Shown: positions 1-13,446, numbered from the stretch's first letter. The stretch: DNA of 64,000 nucleotides from Mobula hypostoma (GCF_963921235.1 NC_086097.1:154320001-154384000); one strand, 5' to 3'. Notes: generated by a model from the letters alone, not told the origin. Numbers and translations: made by a program.

Positions 1-339
1 AAGGAATGTACTTCTCAATAGCAATAGTCTGCGTCTTGATGTGCACATATGCTGCATCCACAGTGTTTAAAGAATTTGTACAGTTCTCTAATTGGGTGAT
101 GTAACCAGTATTGTGATTGCCTAAAATGAGATCATGTGGCATTCAAACTAATGACTACTGCTTGGAGTGCACATTTAATTAAGGGTTTAATCTTGCACAT
201 GCCTAATTATTAGTGAGTCAGTTCCTTAATAAAACAAGCTGGTTTGTATTTGTAACCCTGATAAATGAGAGATGAGCACCATGTAATTAAAGTGATATCC
301 CATACGGTACAGTCATGACAAGAATCGACATTCGGACAT

Positions 340-1900
340 TAGAGCTTATCGACAGGAGCAGGCCATTCGGCACAACAAAGCTTGCTAAATTCACATAGTG
401 TGTTAAAATAACTATCAAATTTAGATTTGAAAGTCTCTAAGCTATTATTCTCAACCACACAACTAGGTAGTTTGTTCCTTGTATCCGCAACTCACTGTGT
501 AAAGAAATGCTTCCTGTTGTTAGTCTGAAATCTCCTCTTAACCAGTCTCCACCTGGGCACCATGTCCTTGATGATGGATTAATTTCAAGGTTGCAGCTGG
601 CATCCACTTTACTTATACACTTAATGACTTTGAACACTTCTATCATGCCTCCTCTCATTCTACATCTACTTACGCTAAAAAGATTTAATTCTTTCAATCT
701 TTTTCATAGCTCATACCCTGAAGACCTGGAACGAGTCTAGTCACCCTTCTCTGGACTCTCTCCCGTGCCTTCACATCCCTCACACAAAATGGAGACCAAA
801 ATTGTACACAGTATTCAAGGTGTGGCCTCATAAGCGCATTGTACAGCTTAAGGAGAACATCTCCAAACTTGAACTCCACTGAGCGCATTATATAGCCCAA
901 CATTCCATTAGCCTTCCTAATCACTTCTGTGTATTGTCTAGATGTTGATAGGAATGAGTCAACCAGGATGCCCAAATCCTTCTCACACAGTGCACTTTCT
1001 AACTCCAGACCCCCCCACTGTATATTTATATCTAATATTTCTACTTCCTATATGTAATATTGTATTGGCCTTCATCAACCGTGGGATTGAGCTTAGGAGC
1101 CAAGAGATATATAGCTATATAGGACCCTGGTCAGACCACACTTAGAGTACTGTGCTTAGTTCTGGTCATCTCACTACAGGAAGGATGTAGGGAGCAGAGG
1201 AGATCTACAAGGATGTTGCCTGGATTGGGGAGCATGTATTATGAGAATAGGTTGAGTGAACTCAGCCTTTTCTCCTTGGAGCAACAGAGGATGGGAGGTG
1301 AACTGATAGAGGTGTACAAGATAATGAGATGCACTGATCGTGTGGATAGTCAGAGATTTTTTCCCAGGGCTGAAATGGCTAGCACGAGAGGGCATAGTTT
1401 AAGGTGCTTGGAAGAAGGTACAGAGGAGATATCAGGGGTAAGTTTTTTTTACACAGAGAGTGGTGAGTGCGTGGAATGGGCTGCCAGTGACGATAGTGGG
1501 GGTGGATATGATAGGGTCTTTTAAGAGACTCCTGGATATACATGGAGCTTAGAAAAATGGAGGACTATGGGTAACCCGAGTAATTTCTAAAGTAAGTACA
1601 TGTTTGGCACAGCGTTGTAGGCCAAAGGGCTACGTAATTTCTATGTTTCTATGTTAATACTTTACATTTACTTAGATTAAATTTCATCTGCCATTTAACT
1701 ACCCACATCTGGATTTTGTTATGATCTAACTGTATTGATTCTGCTGCCAGAATGTTATCAGCCCGTCCCCTTAATTTTGTGTCATTGGCAAACTTTACCA
1801 GTTTATTTGCTGTGTGCTTATCCCAATCATTAATATAAATTATAAACAGCAGCTCCCCCAAAATCCATCTCTGCAAAATCCCACCTTTAACTCTTCTAGG
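340..1900 (-). mobile_element. CR1-type LINE, 3' part of ORF2 (degraded), interrupted by a younger CR1
   Basis: ORFs 1649-1876 (FIIYIND...KFANDTKL...WQMKFNLSKCKV), 694-975 (LYNALMRPHLEYCVQFWSP) and 437-697 are collinear CR1 RT/C-terminal motifs. Confidence 0.9.
1060..1654 (+). mobile_element. 5'-truncated CR1 3' end nested in the minus-strand CR1
   Basis: ORF 1213-1524 (LFSLEQQRMGGELIEVYKI...TRGH), (TTTCTATG)n tail, TAATA repeated at 1055-1059 and 1655-1659. Confidence 0.9.
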
Positions 1901-2678
1901 TGTAAAAATTATCCTGTCACTGAGAAGACCACTTTGTCAGTTCTGTCTCTAAGCTTTCCATCTAATTCTTTAAATTTGTCTTGTAGAACTGACAGCCTGT
2001 TCTTACCTATGTCAATTGTTCTGATGTGGACCATAGCTACCGGATCCACCCCAGCTCTGGCCAGGAGCTTATCTACTCAGCCAGGGGGATTTTCTACTTG
2101 TGCCCCTCACAGGCAACACAGCTTAGAAGAGTCCTTGTCAGTAGATAACTGATTCTCAACCCCACCCCCAATAACTGAGTTCCCTATTACCATTACTTCC
2201 TTCTTATGAGGTTTAAGTTTAGGTTCAGAGAGGGTCCATTGTTACTAAAGTACAGGAAATAGTGATCGGCAGACTGAAGAAGTTGATGCAACTCTTCAGA
2301 ATTTGCCATATATCCTGGGACCATCAGGCAACTGTATTCCTTATCCAAGACTGGGTTGCTGCACTAAAATTTCCACTCAGCCCCAAACATTATTAAAAAG
2401 CAAATGTACAAAACTCTAGCATGTTAAATGAAGAGGGCAGGTTACAGAACACTAAGCTGAGTGGTTGTTTCCATTTCAGGGAAATAAAAGTGGGCAAGAA
2501 GAGAGGAAAATAGTGAGGTAATGTTTATGGACCATGAGGTAATGACAGGACACATAGGAGAGCCCAGCTCTGGGCAGTGAGTGAGTAGAGAGTAATCATT
2601 TTGTTTTTTGAATAAGCAACAGATGCTTTGTTCAGCACGAGGCTACTTTCCATTTATGTAATAGAAAGTAAATTCCCA

Positions 2679-2995
2679 CAGTGGTGTAGCTAGTCGAGCC
2701 ACTGCCCCAGGGATCGAAGTTCAATCTTGACCTTAAATGCTATCAGTGTGAAGTTCACACATTCTCTCTGTTACTGCATGGGTTTATTCTGGAAGATGTA
2801 GTTCCCTCCCACAAGCTGAAGATGTGTGTTTTCTACATTAATTGGTGAGTATATGAGTGCTCGATTCTGAGGTGAATAAATGAATGTGTGGGGAAGATTA
2901 AAACAAAGATTAATGTGGGATCAATTTAAATCGATGATTGATGGAGAGTGTGGACACAATTGTACAAAGGACCTGTTTCTCTGCTGTATCTCTAT
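2679..2995 (+). mobile_element. tRNA-derived SINE, HE1/V-SINE-like (related copies near 18390-18660, 26080-26370, 42230-42420)
   Basis: A/B-box-like head (GTGGTGTAGCTAG...GTTCAATC), V-domain-like core (CATTCTCTCTGTTACTGCATGGGTTT...TCCCACA), CR1-like tail. Confidence 0.65.
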
Positions 2996-3093
2996 TGCTG
3001 AGCACCATGACAAAACGTGACCATTCATTTCAGCACTCAGAATTGCTCACTGAGCATACATAGATAACCCATGCAAAGTCAGCATAGAGGTAT

Positions 3094-3335
3094 TGATGCA
3101 CTATCAACTACTCCAAAAGACAGGAAGTAGAGTAAATACTGAAAGGCTTTTTATTAACAGTAAATGGACCGACATCCATGCTGAGTATCTGTCCTGGACT
3201 GAGGGAGGAGCAGTGACACAATCGCCTTTATTCAGGGGTCTGTGGAAGGAGCCACAGGAGCAGTCAGCAGAGGGGCGTGCCCAGGCATGTCCAGACAGGT
3301 AACCTGGTTACAACCTATATACATGGTTTATCACA
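3094..3335 (-). mobile_element. Solo LTR related to the Gypsy element at 31414-35898
   Basis: TG...CA ends; aligns by eye along its whole length with 31414-31642 (ACTCCAAAAGAC, GGAGCCACAGG, CAGTCAGCAGAGGGG, CCAGACAGGTAACC, TATACATGGTTTA). Confidence 0.9.
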
Positions 3336-3394
3336 GATCACAAATTTGACTCCAACATTGAATGGCTTGTTACATGAAGAGCACTCTCACTAAA

Positions 3395-3772
3395 ATGTAT
3401 TGAATGGTGAAAGGCTTTGATAGAGTGGATGTGGAGAGGATGTCTCCTATGGTGGGAGTGTCTAAGACAAGAGGACACAGCCTCAGAATAGAGGGGCATC
3501 CTTTTAGAACCGTGATACAGAGGAATTTCTTAAGCCACAGAGTGCTGAATCTGTTGAATTCATTGCCACAAGCAACTATGAAGGCCAAGTCTTTATATAT
3601 ATCAAAGACAGAGGTTGACAGATTCTTGATTAGTCAGGCTATGAACGGTTATGAGGAGAAGGCAGGAGACTGGGAGCTGAGAGGAAAATTGGATCAACCA
3701 TGATGAAATGGTGGAGAAGACTCGATGGGCCAAATGACCTAATTCTGTTCCTATATCTTATGGTCTTGTGAT
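3395..3772 (+). mobile_element. CR1 3' fragment
   Basis: ORF 3404-3703 (KTRGHSLRI...RNFLSHRVLNLLNSLP) plus CR1 3' UTR. Confidence 0.88.
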
Positions 3773-4189
3773 CTATTCCAAATTATATGTTGGACACAAT
3801 GATTACTTGCTATTCATGGTAACAAAACCACAGCCAAAGAAGCTTGGTTAACGCTTACTGGTTAAAGACACTGGCAGCTGTGGGGGTGGGGATGAGAAGA
3901 AGATTATTGGAAACCTCATCCATACAGCTGATTCGTAAGTATATGACCCCTAGATGGCAAGAATGGGTGCCATCACCATGTTGACAATTATTTGCTCTTC
4001 ACATGCCAAATTGAATCAGTGTACAATTTGGAATGATGAATATCATAGATATTTTATTCAAATTTAGCACTGAAGGAGAAATGCAGCTCCACCACAAATA
4101 AGTTGAAAGCATGGTGCTGTAAGCAGAATGTACAAAATAACTTCAAGCACCTTCAAGAAAGCCATCAAAAGATAAATCTGCAACTGAAC

Positions 4190-5897
4190 ATCAAGGGTAG
4201 GATGGATTACAAACCTACCTGACTGGCAGACCATGGTATGTGCAGCTTCACAGCTGTTTGTCAGACATGGCTGTAGGCAGCACTGGGGCTCAACAGAGGA
4301 CTATATTGGCTCCCTTCCTGTTTACCCTGTATACCTTGGATTTTAGGTACAACACTGAGTCATGTTGAGTGAAATTCTCTGATGACTCAGCAATAGTTGG
4401 GTTTATAAAGGGAGGACAGGAGGATGAATGCGGGGTCCTGGTGGAGGACTTTCTCAAATGCTGCAATCTAAAATATCTGTAGCTCAACATCAGTAAGACA
4501 AAACAAAGAGCTGGTTGTGGACTACAGGAGGAGTGGAGACAGGATAACCCCTAATGACATCAATGGATCTGGGCTTGAAAAGGCTCACACTTTAAGTTCC
4601 TTGGCATACACGTCACCGAGGATCTCAGGTGGTCTGTACATACCGGCTGTGTGGTGAACAAAGCACAACAGCACCTTTTTCACCTCAGACGGTTGAAGAA
4701 GTTTGGTATGAGTCCCCAAATCCGAAGGACTTTCTGTAGGGGCACAATTGAGAGCATCCTGACTAGCTACATCACTACCTGGTATGGGAACTGTACTTCA
4801 CTCTATCGCAGGACTCTGCAGAGAGTGGTGCGGACAGCCTAGCACATCTGTAGACATGAACTTCCCACTATTCTGGACATTTACAGAGACAGGTCCGTAA
4901 AAAGGATCCAAAGGATTATTGAGGACCCAAGTCACCCCAACCATAAACTGTTCCAGCTGTTACCATCCAGGAAATGGTACCACAGCGTAAAAGCCAGGAC
5001 CAACAGGCTTCGGGACAGATGCTTCCGCCAGGCCATCAGATTGATTAATTCACGCTGAAACAATTGTACTTCTATGTTATATTGACTGCCTGTGTACATA
5101 CTATTTATTACAAATTACTATAAATTGCACATTGCACATTTAGACGGAGATGTAACGTAAAGATTTTTACTCCTCGTGTATGTGAAGGATGTAAGAAATA
5201 AAGTCAATTCAATTAAAGGAAATTGTGATGGGCTTTAAGAAGACAAAGCCTGCATTGTTCCCTGTTACTACTGACAGTGAGGAGGTGGATGTGATGAGGA
5301 CCTACAGGTACCCGGGGTGCTCCTGGATGACAGACTTGAGTGGAGCACCAGCACAGAGGCTGTGTACAAGGGCCAGGGTCGCCTCTACTTCCCGAGGAGA
5401 ATGAGGTCCGTTGGAGTATGCAGGCCTCCCCTTTACATGTTCTACCAGTCTGTTGTCACCAATACAATCTTCTATGCGGTAGTGCACAGGGTGATGCCAA
5501 CAGGCTCAATAAACTGGCTCTGTTATAGGAGTCAAACTGGACACACTGGAGACTGTGGTAGAACAAAGGACCCTACGGAAAATCCCAGCAATTCTGGACA
5601 ATGTTTCTCACCCTCCACTTGCCACCTTGGCTGAACAGAAGAGCACTTTTAGTAGTAAACTAATACAACTGTGCTGTTCCAAAGTGTGCGAAATGTCATT
5701 CTTACGCTCGGCCACTCGGCTCTATGATGAGTCTACCTATAGATGGGGAAGTGATGACCCCCTCCTGCTAAGATTGTTTGTGGTAACCTATTTTTTATTC
5801 TTTCTATTTCTCTTCTAATATTTATATCTGTGCACTTGTATTGCTTCTGTGACACTGTAATTTCCTTTGGGATCAATAAAGTCCTATCTATCTATCT
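4190..5897 (+). mobile_element. Rex1/Babar-type LINE 3' part (degraded), split by a second Rex1-type insertion
   Basis: Degraded YLTGRP, STGAQQRTILAPFLFTLYT, KFSDDSAIVG and LNISKT motifs at 4200-4500; resumes at about 5214 (KEIVM..., YPGVLLDDRLEWS); AATAAA + (TATC)n tail. Confidence 0.8.
4501..5213 (+). mobile_element. Second Rex1/Babar-type LINE 3' end
   Basis: KELVVDYR, ORF 4651-4842 (KAQQHLFHLRRLKKFG...IESILT...WYGNC), tail AATAAAGTCAATTCAATT. Confidence 0.85.
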
Positions 5898-7603
5898 GAA
5901 AAGGGAAAGGGTCATGTGATGCATTTACAGTTTTGTTTACAGACTTCTAAATGGATACTATTTCTAGTGCAATGACCTATTATGAGATCATGTGATGAGC
6001 AATATGATGATGTTGCCATGTGGAGTTGACATTCCAGTATAGGTACAATGCTAGTGGGCCAGTCAGTTCTTCTAAAGAAAAGCCTCAAATAGACCCATTG
6101 TTTGTAATGTATTTTATATATAAATAGTGAAAGGTTGCCAAACTCACAAAGGTATAAATGTTTGTGCCTAATTCCCACAGAAGTCCAATCCAGAGAGAAA
6201 ATGACCGGGTACGTCCTGTAACCATTCATCTTGCTGCATGTTTTCTTTATCTCTGGTAATTCCTGCTTGTTTTAAATGTGTTCAGCTTCTTAGATATAGA
6301 GATTATGATCTATGATTTTGTAGTTTACTCACAACAAAACATTTATTTTGAAAGCGAATTCATCATTTCAAAGGACATCACTGGGATGTAGCTATATTTT
6401 ACAAATCACTCACCGTTTCCCATATGAAATCTATTGTATTAAAAATAGCTACTAAGTTCAACATGGAGAGTGATTACAGTCCCCTCCTCACCCCCAACCT
6501 TAATGAGGTACTTGCCACCTGTACAACCCACTGTCCCATCAGGTTGTGCCTTTACAAATCTCCCACACTCCACCACTACAGCCATTGTCTCATAAGACCT
6601 AGGAGCAGAGGTAGGCCATTCAGCCCATTGAATTTGCTCCACCATTCCATCATGGCTATTTTATTATCCCTCTCAACGTCATTCTCCTGATGTCACAACC
6701 TTTAATGCCCTGTTTAATCAAGCACCTGTCAAACTCCACCTTAAATATACCCAATGACTGGGCCTGCAGAGCTGCCTGTGGCAAAAACTCCACAGATTCA
6801 TCACTCTCTGATGAAAGAAATTTTTCCTCATCTCTGGTTTAAATGGACATTTCTCAATTGTGAAGCTGTGTCCTCTGGTCCTAGACCCCCAATATAGGAA
6901 ACATCCTCTCCACATCCACTCAATCTAGACCATTCAATATTCAATAGGTTTCAATGCGATCCCACATCATTCTTCTAATCGTCAGTGAGTACAAGCCCAG
7001 AGACATCAAATGCTCTTCACATGTTAACCCTTTCATTCCTGGGATCATTCTCATGGACCTCTTCAGGACTATTTCCAATGCCAATGCCAGCACATCCTCA
7101 CGAAATGCAGTGTGGTCTAACCAATGCCTTATAAAGCATCAGCATTACATCCAAGCTTTTTGTATTCTAGTCCTCTTAAAATGAATGCTAACATTGCATT
7201 TGCCTTCCTTAACACTGGCTCAACCTGCATGCTAAGCTTAAGGGAATCATGCATGAGGACTTCCAAGTCCTTTTGCACCTCTGATTTTTTTTTAATTTTC
7301 TCCGCGTTTACAAGATATTCCACGCCTTTAATACTTCTGACAAAGTGCATGACCATGCACTTCCTACATTACATTCCACCTGCCACTTCTTTTCCCATTC
7401 CTCTAATCTGTCTAAGTCCTCTGCAAACACCCAGCTTCCTCAACACTATTTGCCCTTTTATCTGTCTTTGTATCATCCACAAATTTGGCCACAAAGCCAT
7501 CAATTCCTTCATCCAAATCAATGACATACAACATGAAAAGAAGTGATCCCAACACCTACCCCAGCAACACACCTAGTCACCAGCAGCCAACCAGAAGAGG
7601 CCC

Positions 7604-8118
7604 TGTTAGAGAAAAGAATTTGCTAAGGAAATTTGATTAAAATTGGTCACAAGTAAATTAGACATAGACTTCAAAGTAAAGAGACCTTTATTCACAATAT
7701 CATGGGGAGTGGAACCACTAGCAGTTAGTGTCGAACGTCAAATTGTACAGATAGCATAGTTCCTTTTATACATGTACAAATCGATCGAAAATCAAAGGGT
7801 GTTCGATTAACCATGTGAATTGCAAAAGCTAAGCTAGGTTCACATGCAGTTCTCTTGTGGTAGACTAGCCATAGCAACAGCCAAAAATTAAAAATTCAGT
7901 CATGTGTATAACTTTATATGAACAGACAGTTTGTCTCATATCCTTGAGGCTAATTCTTACAAGATAAGCAACTGGAAGTATTTATTCTAAAACTTGGCTC
8001 AGCTAAAAATCAAGGCCAGATCTCTTACAAACTAAGCTGCAAACTAGTTTCCATATTCAAAAGCCAGTATTAACCCTTTGTCTATCAAAATCTTTAGCTT
8101 GCAATATTTTCCTCCACA
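7604..8118 (-). mobile_element. Solo LTR of an unassigned family (515 bp)
   Basis: TGTTA...CCACA ends, flanks GGCCC/GTCCC (4/5), host CR1 is continuous once it is removed, TATAAA then AATAAA on the minus strand. Confidence 0.75.
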
Positions 8119-8397
8119 GTCCCCCTTTGTTCCCTCTCTTTGCTTCCTGCCAGTCAGCCAATCTTCTAACCATCTAGTATCTTTCCCAAAATACCATTGA
8201 CTCTTATTTTGTTTATCAGCCTCATGTGGGCATCTTGTCCAAGGCTTTCTGAAAATCCACTGACTCTCTTTGGTCTATCATGCTTGTTATGTCCTCAACA
8301 AATTCCAACAGATTTGTCAGTCAAGATTTCCCCTTTAGAAAACCATGCTGACTTTGGCCTATTTTATCAAGTGCCTCCAAGTACCCCAAAACTTCAT

Positions 8398-8918
8398 CAT
8401 AGAAACATAGAAACATAGAAAACCTACACCACAATACAAGCCCTTCAGCCCACAAAGCTGTGCCGAACGTGTCCTTACCTTAGAACTACCTAGGCTTACC
8501 AATAGCCCTCTATTTTTCTAAGTTCTATGTACCTATCCAGGTTTAAGAGGGTCCCTTAAAGAACCCTATCATTCCTGCCTCCACCGCACTGCTGGCAGCC
8601 CATTCCACGCAGTCACCACTCTCTGTGTAAAAAAAATTACCCCTGACATCTCCTCTGTACCTACTTCCAAGCACCTTAAAACTACGCCCTCTCGTGCTAG
8701 CCATTTCAGCCCTGGGAAAAAGCCTCTGACTATCCACACGTACAGCGCATCTCATTATCTTGTACACCTCTATCAGGTCACCTCTCATCCCCTGTCGCTC
8801 CAAGGAGAAAAGGCCGAGTTCACTCAACCTATGAGGCATGCTCCCCCAATCCAGGCAACATCCTTGTAACTCTCCTCTGCACCCTTTCTGAATCCCTGCC
8901 CCCTGCTCCAATCCCTCA
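8398..8918 (-). mobile_element. CR1 3' end nested in the long CR1
   Basis: (CATAGAAA)n tail at 8398-8420; LFSLERQGMRGDLIEVYKI motif; same family as 1060-1654. Confidence 0.9.
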
Positions 8919-11039
8919 TTCTTAATAATAGACTCCAACATATTTCCAATCACTGAAATCAGGTTAACTTGCCAATAATTTCCTTTCTTCTGTCTCCCTC
9001 CCTTCTTGAAGAGCGGTGCCATTTGCAATTTTCTTGTCCTCAGGAACCATCAAGAAGCTAGTGATTCTTGAAAGATCATTACTAATGCCTCCATAATCTC
9101 TTCGGCTAACTCTTTCAGAACCCTGGGGTGTAGTCCATCTGGGCCAGGTGACTTACCTACCATCATTTTTGTCAGTTTCCCAAGCATCTTCCCCTTAGTA
9201 ATAACATTGACACTCATTTCTACCCATTGACACTCATACTTTTGGCATTGTGACAGTGACTTCCACAGTGAAGATACTTATTAAGGTCCTCAGCCATTTC
9301 TTTATCCCCCATTACTTCCTCTCCAGCATCATTTTCCAGCAGTCTGATATCCACTCTCACCTCTCTTTTACTCCTTATATACAGAACCTGAATTTTTTTG
9401 TATCCTCTTTTATATTATTAGCTAACTTATCTCCTTATTTCATCCTTTCTCTCCTTATGGCTTTTTTATTGCCTTTTGTTGATTTTTAAAAGTTTCCCAA
9501 ACCTCTACCTTCACACTATTTTTTGCTATATTACATGCCTCTCTTTAGCTTTTATATTGTCTTTGACTTCCCCTGTCAGCCATGGCTGACCCATCCTCCC
9601 TTCAGAATACTTCATCTTTGTGATATATCCTTCCTGCACTTTCTGAATTTCTCCAAGAAGCACCAGCCATTGCTGTTCTACCACCATCCCTGCTAGAGGT
9701 TGCCTTCCAAACACCTTTGGCCAGTTCCTTTCTCATGCCTCTATAATTCTCTTTACTCCACTCTAATACCGATATATCCAATTTTAGCTTCCCCTTCTCA
9801 CTAAGGGTGATTTCTATCATATTATGATCATGGTGTCCTAAAGGTTCCTTTACCTTAGCTTCCTAATGAAATCTGGGTCAGTACATAACCAGAATTGCTG
9901 TTCCCCTAGTGGGTTCAACCACAAGCTGCTCTAAAAAGCCATCTCATAGGCATTCTACAAATTCCTTCTCTTGGGATCCAGCACCAACCTGCCTTTCCTG
10001 CCTATTGAAATCCCCCATGATTATCGCAACATTCCATTTTGACATGCCTTTTCTGCCTCCCGTTGTAATTTCCAGCCCACATCTGGCTACTGTTTGGAGG
10101 CTTGTATAAAACTCCCATCAGGGTCTTTTTACCCTTGTAGTTTCTTAACTCTATCCACAAGGTTTCTACATCTTCCAATTCTATGTCACTTCTTTCTAAG
10201 GATTTAATTTCATATGTTACCAAAACAACCATGCCAGTTTGTTAACACAGTCTCTAAGGAGTTGAAGCTCAATGCATTTCATGCAGATGTAGCTTTCCAA
10301 GAGACTGGAGATCTCTCACATTTTCCACACCTCAAACAAGGAACATACCACTACCTTTTGAGTGTAATAGCCATGTTCTAACTGAAAAAAAACTAAGAAA
10401 CTTTATTACTTATTTACTTAGAAACTCCAGCTGTGCTTGCCCAAGCCTGTTCTCAAATAGACCCTGTTGAGCCAAAGCCAGACAACTGTAATCATTCCCC
10501 AGTCACACAATAACTGCTCCAATAGTGGCCGCTCCACATAAACCTCCGTTCTTTTTATTGGCCCCGTGCTGTTTGCCATCTGCCAAAAAGCACCCAAACT
10601 CTTTCTGAACCTCATGCAGTATCACCAAAGTATGACCTCTCGTGCCATTTGCAACCAGCCGATAAAAATGGTATCCCATCCCCACACTTGAGTACACACC
10701 ATCCTGCTCCATTCCTCGACTTCTCTGACTTTGATTTGCAGATTTGCTTTTAACAGCCCAGAATCATTTCTGATGGGTCAGCAAACAAATGCCATTGCTC
10801 TCTCTTGTCTAGCAAGCGGAAGTGTGTGAGAAACACTAGTCAAGTTATAAATTCTTAGGAAGGGAGTATATCTCATTAAATCACAGTACCAATTCCTTAA
10901 GTGAAGAATTCTACTTTTTTTTACTTCCAACTTGATTTTGGACATGAACAGACATTTATCACTGCAAAAATTGCGATAATCTATTTTTTTCTGTTTGAGT
11001 AAATTGATCATTTGAACACAATTATCATAGGAACATCTA

Positions 11040-11370
11040 TTAAATTTAAGAGAGGCATGGGTAGGGTAGGCATTCAAAATCTTCCTCCTACAGTAGAAGT
11101 GTCCAGAACCAGAGGGCATGCATTTAAAGTGAGAGGGGTAGTTTAAGGGAGATGTCCAGGGCAGGCTTTCTTTGACACCGTATGGTAGGTGGCTGAAATG
11201 GGCTGCCATGGCAATGGTGGAAGCAGACAGTATAGTGGGATTAGATGGATGCAAGAACATGTAGGAATGCAGGGATAATAATCATGTTCAGGCAAGAGGG
11301 ATTTAGTTTAATTTGGTGTAGACATTGTGGATTGAAGGGCCGCTTCCTAAGCTGAATGTTTTATGTTCTA
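11040..11370 (+). mobile_element. CR1 3' fragment (old)
   Basis: AGAACCAGAGGGCATGCATTTAAAGTGAG (RTRGH) and CR1 3' UTR ending TTTTATGTTCTA. Confidence 0.75.
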
Positions 11371-12239
11371 ACCCAGTGATTCCAAATGGGGGTGGATACA
11401 TGTCTTGAGGGAACATTAAGGTAAATAGAAGTCATCGGGGGGCATTCTAGATTCTTGGGGGGGCAGTGGTAAGCAGTACCCTAATTTGAGGCATTAAACC
11501 TGACTGACTGATAGTAAGGCAGGCTCTTCCTGAAAAAACAAGGTTGAGCGACTGGAACACAAGTAGAACCATAACTCTGCAGGCGTGAGCACTTGCCGTC
11601 ACAACACATCTGAAACTCAGCAATCTCATCTGACCTTACCAACCAAACAGGCATTATTGGGGATACCAATAATTGGGGATAGCAACCAGGTTGCCCAACA
11701 GTTCCCCTTGACTCGCAGCATGGAAAGAGTTCACGCAATTTAACAGTGGATAAGTCAAGTAAACCCTCTCAACTTTCTCTACAGATCTACAGAAAACAGG
11801 TCATGCAACAATGTAGTGCTGGCTGGAACCAACAGAGAAACCGAGCCTATCCGTGAACCTGCCAACCCCAAGGATTCCTCCTGAGGTGCTTAAAGTGACC
11901 TCAGTTTCAAATGGCGATGAAGAACCACCTTTGGGGATTATGAGACCTAACGTCAATCACGTTAATAGGAATAGTGTAAAGGTAGCTTGTCAAATATGAA
12001 TCCTTGTCAGCATAGTTATCACTGTCGTGATAGTCTTCATCTTCACCTCAATGTTCCTTTGTGTGCTGCTACCATCGTTCCATCCATGTCAACTTGCTGC
12101 TGTTGTCAACATCCAATTGGCATTCCCAGTTTGTGTTAATTTTTTTATTTTAATTTAGCCCTGTTAACGATGGATAAATACACACAGTATTTTCTCTATG
12201 AGTCTGAAGGCAGTGAAGCCTTGAATTCTAATCCTGCTA

Positions 12240-13130
12240 TGAAAAGGAAACTACAGAAAATGTGTTAATACAATGTTACATACCTGGAGTACGGTTTTAT
12301 TCTGTTCCTGTCAGATCAGTGATGGCCCATTTCTCTTATTTGTTACACTCGACTGTCTAATGAAGCCATGAAACCATCAAGATTGCAGGATTACTTTCAT
12401 AAAAGACGCCCTGAAAAAGCTTCTTATGGTATTACTCAGTTCCAGAAGATGAAAGAAGTATTTAAAAAGCATTGCACACTCAAGCCGTTTACCAATAAAG
12501 TTAAAAATGATTTTGATAGTGGTCTCAAAATAGTAAAGTGTGGAAAATCTCATAATATTGGTGAAAGATTAATAATGCCTGCTGTATCAGAAGTGCTCAC
12601 CACTGTGCTCAAAATGGATACCAGTATTTTAAAATCAATTCCTCTGAGAAATAACCCTGCAGCTCCTTGTATTGATGAAATGAGTGAAGGCACTGAGTAT
12701 CGACTATGCACAGAGCAACAAAAACAGAAGTTAGGATTCAACTGAATTGTGCAAGACAATGAGGCATTGCTAATGGCATATGTATGGTTTATCAACAATG
12801 AAAAGTTTATGAAAAAAATCTTTCTTAAAAGGTTAAGAACAATCATCAATGAATGATGAAGAAGCAAAAATGCTTTTCTAAAATGTCAGTTTTTGTGGTA
12901 TGAGGCTACAATTTCGTACCAAGTTTCCTGGTCTTTGAAGAAGAGCCATGCTGCTCTTTATTGCTTTTTCATCCTCCTTCCTTGTAAAAAGAGGCCACAG
13001 TGCAGTGAACCACATCGCACATAAAGCAGAAACTGCTTGGTCATTGCTATGCATGGGGGCTTAAGGATTTTGCTGTCACCACTTGAAACAGATATTTCAA
13101 CTCTTGCTAAAAACCATCAAGGATCACACT
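12240..13130 (+). pseudogene. hAT Buster/Charlie transposase remnant
   Basis: YLEYGFI, LSNEAMKPSRL, HNIGERLIMPA, IPLRNN (ORF 12368-12745); C-terminal dimerisation-like LFIAFSSSFLV...SAV...RNCL at about 12955-13070; central catalytic part missing. Confidence 0.85.
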
Positions 13131-13432
13131 GTCAAAGCTGCTGTTTAGCACACAAGTACTGAGTAAGCTAGGTTTAAAGACAAATAAAGATTCAAAGTAG
13201 AATAATTTTTCTCATATTAGCATATGGTAGATGTACCATATAGGCTACTATATATTATGGGACTACTTTATGTTGTAGTAACACATCGTTGCATGCGCTA
13301 TTAGGTGCGTATTGATTTGTACATGTGTGTTCAGTTCGGTTTCAGTCAGTAAGGAACCCTGTAATTTAGCTCCCCTCTCCAGCATTTTTATTTATACCTT
13401 TGAGGTGTAACTTGGCCACATACACAACGAAT

Positions 13433-13446
13433 TGGCGACAAGGTTG
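13433..13446 (+). promoter_or_regulatory. Primer-binding site, tRNA-Ser(GCU)-like
   Basis: TGGCGACAAGGTTG, 3 nt after the 5' LTR; 12/14 to TGGCGACGAGGATG, the complement of the vertebrate tRNA-Ser(GCU) 3' end as I recall it. Confidence 0.75.

Larger units (their letters stand above)
6590..10560 (-). mobile_element. Long degraded CR1 (5' UTR, endonuclease, RT, 3' end) with two nested insertions
   Basis: EN motifs in ORF 10002-10232 (ETLWIELRN...GVLYKPP), pre-RT PLFKKGGRQKKGNY, C-terminal motifs in ORFs 7129-7356 and 6718-6915, 3' UTR at about 6590. Confidence 0.88.

Noticed and set aside
5912..6260. Possible minus-strand exon ending at GTGAGT (about 6147)
   Set aside because: No frame resembles the expected next FAM135B exon or any protein I recognise, and there is no convincing acceptor.
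8543..9028. 161-aa ORF
   Set aside because: Reads across the junction of two nested CR1 copies.
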